Positions 63,756-64,000 of a stretch of 64,000 nt of DNA are shown here, piece after piece. Each line of letters begins with the position of its first letter. The first letter of the stretch is position 1. Origin of the DNA: Bilabrum cf. latius. Taxonomy: Eukaryota. The notes below the pieces were generated by a model. It had not been told where the DNA came from. It saw only the letters and a list, made by a program, of their open reading frames with translations, and made no database searches. Position numbers and translations under genes: made by a program. The DNA lies in NCBI GenBank assembly GCA_965178125.1, contig OZ237738.1:1550001-1614000 (forward strand). The letters run 5' to 3'.

Positions 63756-64000
63756 CGGGGGTATGCCGATGCAGAAAGCGTGTGGATCAATGCTGGCTGC
63801 TTATGGAGCCCGTGCTGAATACGCTTGGTCAACAAATCAGTTTATTTTACTTGTTTGCTCCATGTAAGCATGCTGAGTCAAAGCATTGCTGGCCCCAAGT
63901 CATGAGTCATGATCGATTCCGGAATCCGGATGGCCCGGGCACGTCACTTGCCCGCCCCTGCCCCTGCCCCTGCCACCGCCGCGGCCTTTGCAAGCGCCTC

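Noticed and set aside
63950-63975. (CCCCTG)n as a telomeric repeat
   Set aside because: Only ~3 copies, and the same hexamer occurs as coding Arg-Gly tracts in NIPBL.

Overview
GC-rich, gene-dense eukaryotic nuclear DNA with short GTGAG...CAG spliceosomal introns. The lineage is probably a protist, and a stramenopile-like origin is only an inference. The main result is a non-standard genetic code. The ORF track is fragmented because TAG is used as a sense codon, almost certainly Gln, while TGA and TAA end genes. Reading TAG as Gln joins the fragments into about 18 intact genes: a GH10 glycoside hydrolase, two tandem copies of a hendecad coiled-coil membrane protein, cohesin loader NIPBL/Scc2 (with a tRNA-Thr inside an intron), a sulfatase, an inverted pair of ~2,200-2,500 aa receptor-like proteins (tandem PstS-like phosphate-binding domains, a Cys-rich stalk and a multi-pass membrane domain) flanking a PH-domain gene, a PrsW-like protease, a ~2,500 aa low-complexity protein, fumarase, a HAD-IIA phosphatase, a tiny membrane protein, a GOST-family protein, mitochondrial IF2, telomerase reverse transcriptase, BUD13 and a HAD-IGPD (His3) fusion. 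All calls come from manual translation and motif recall; no searches were run.
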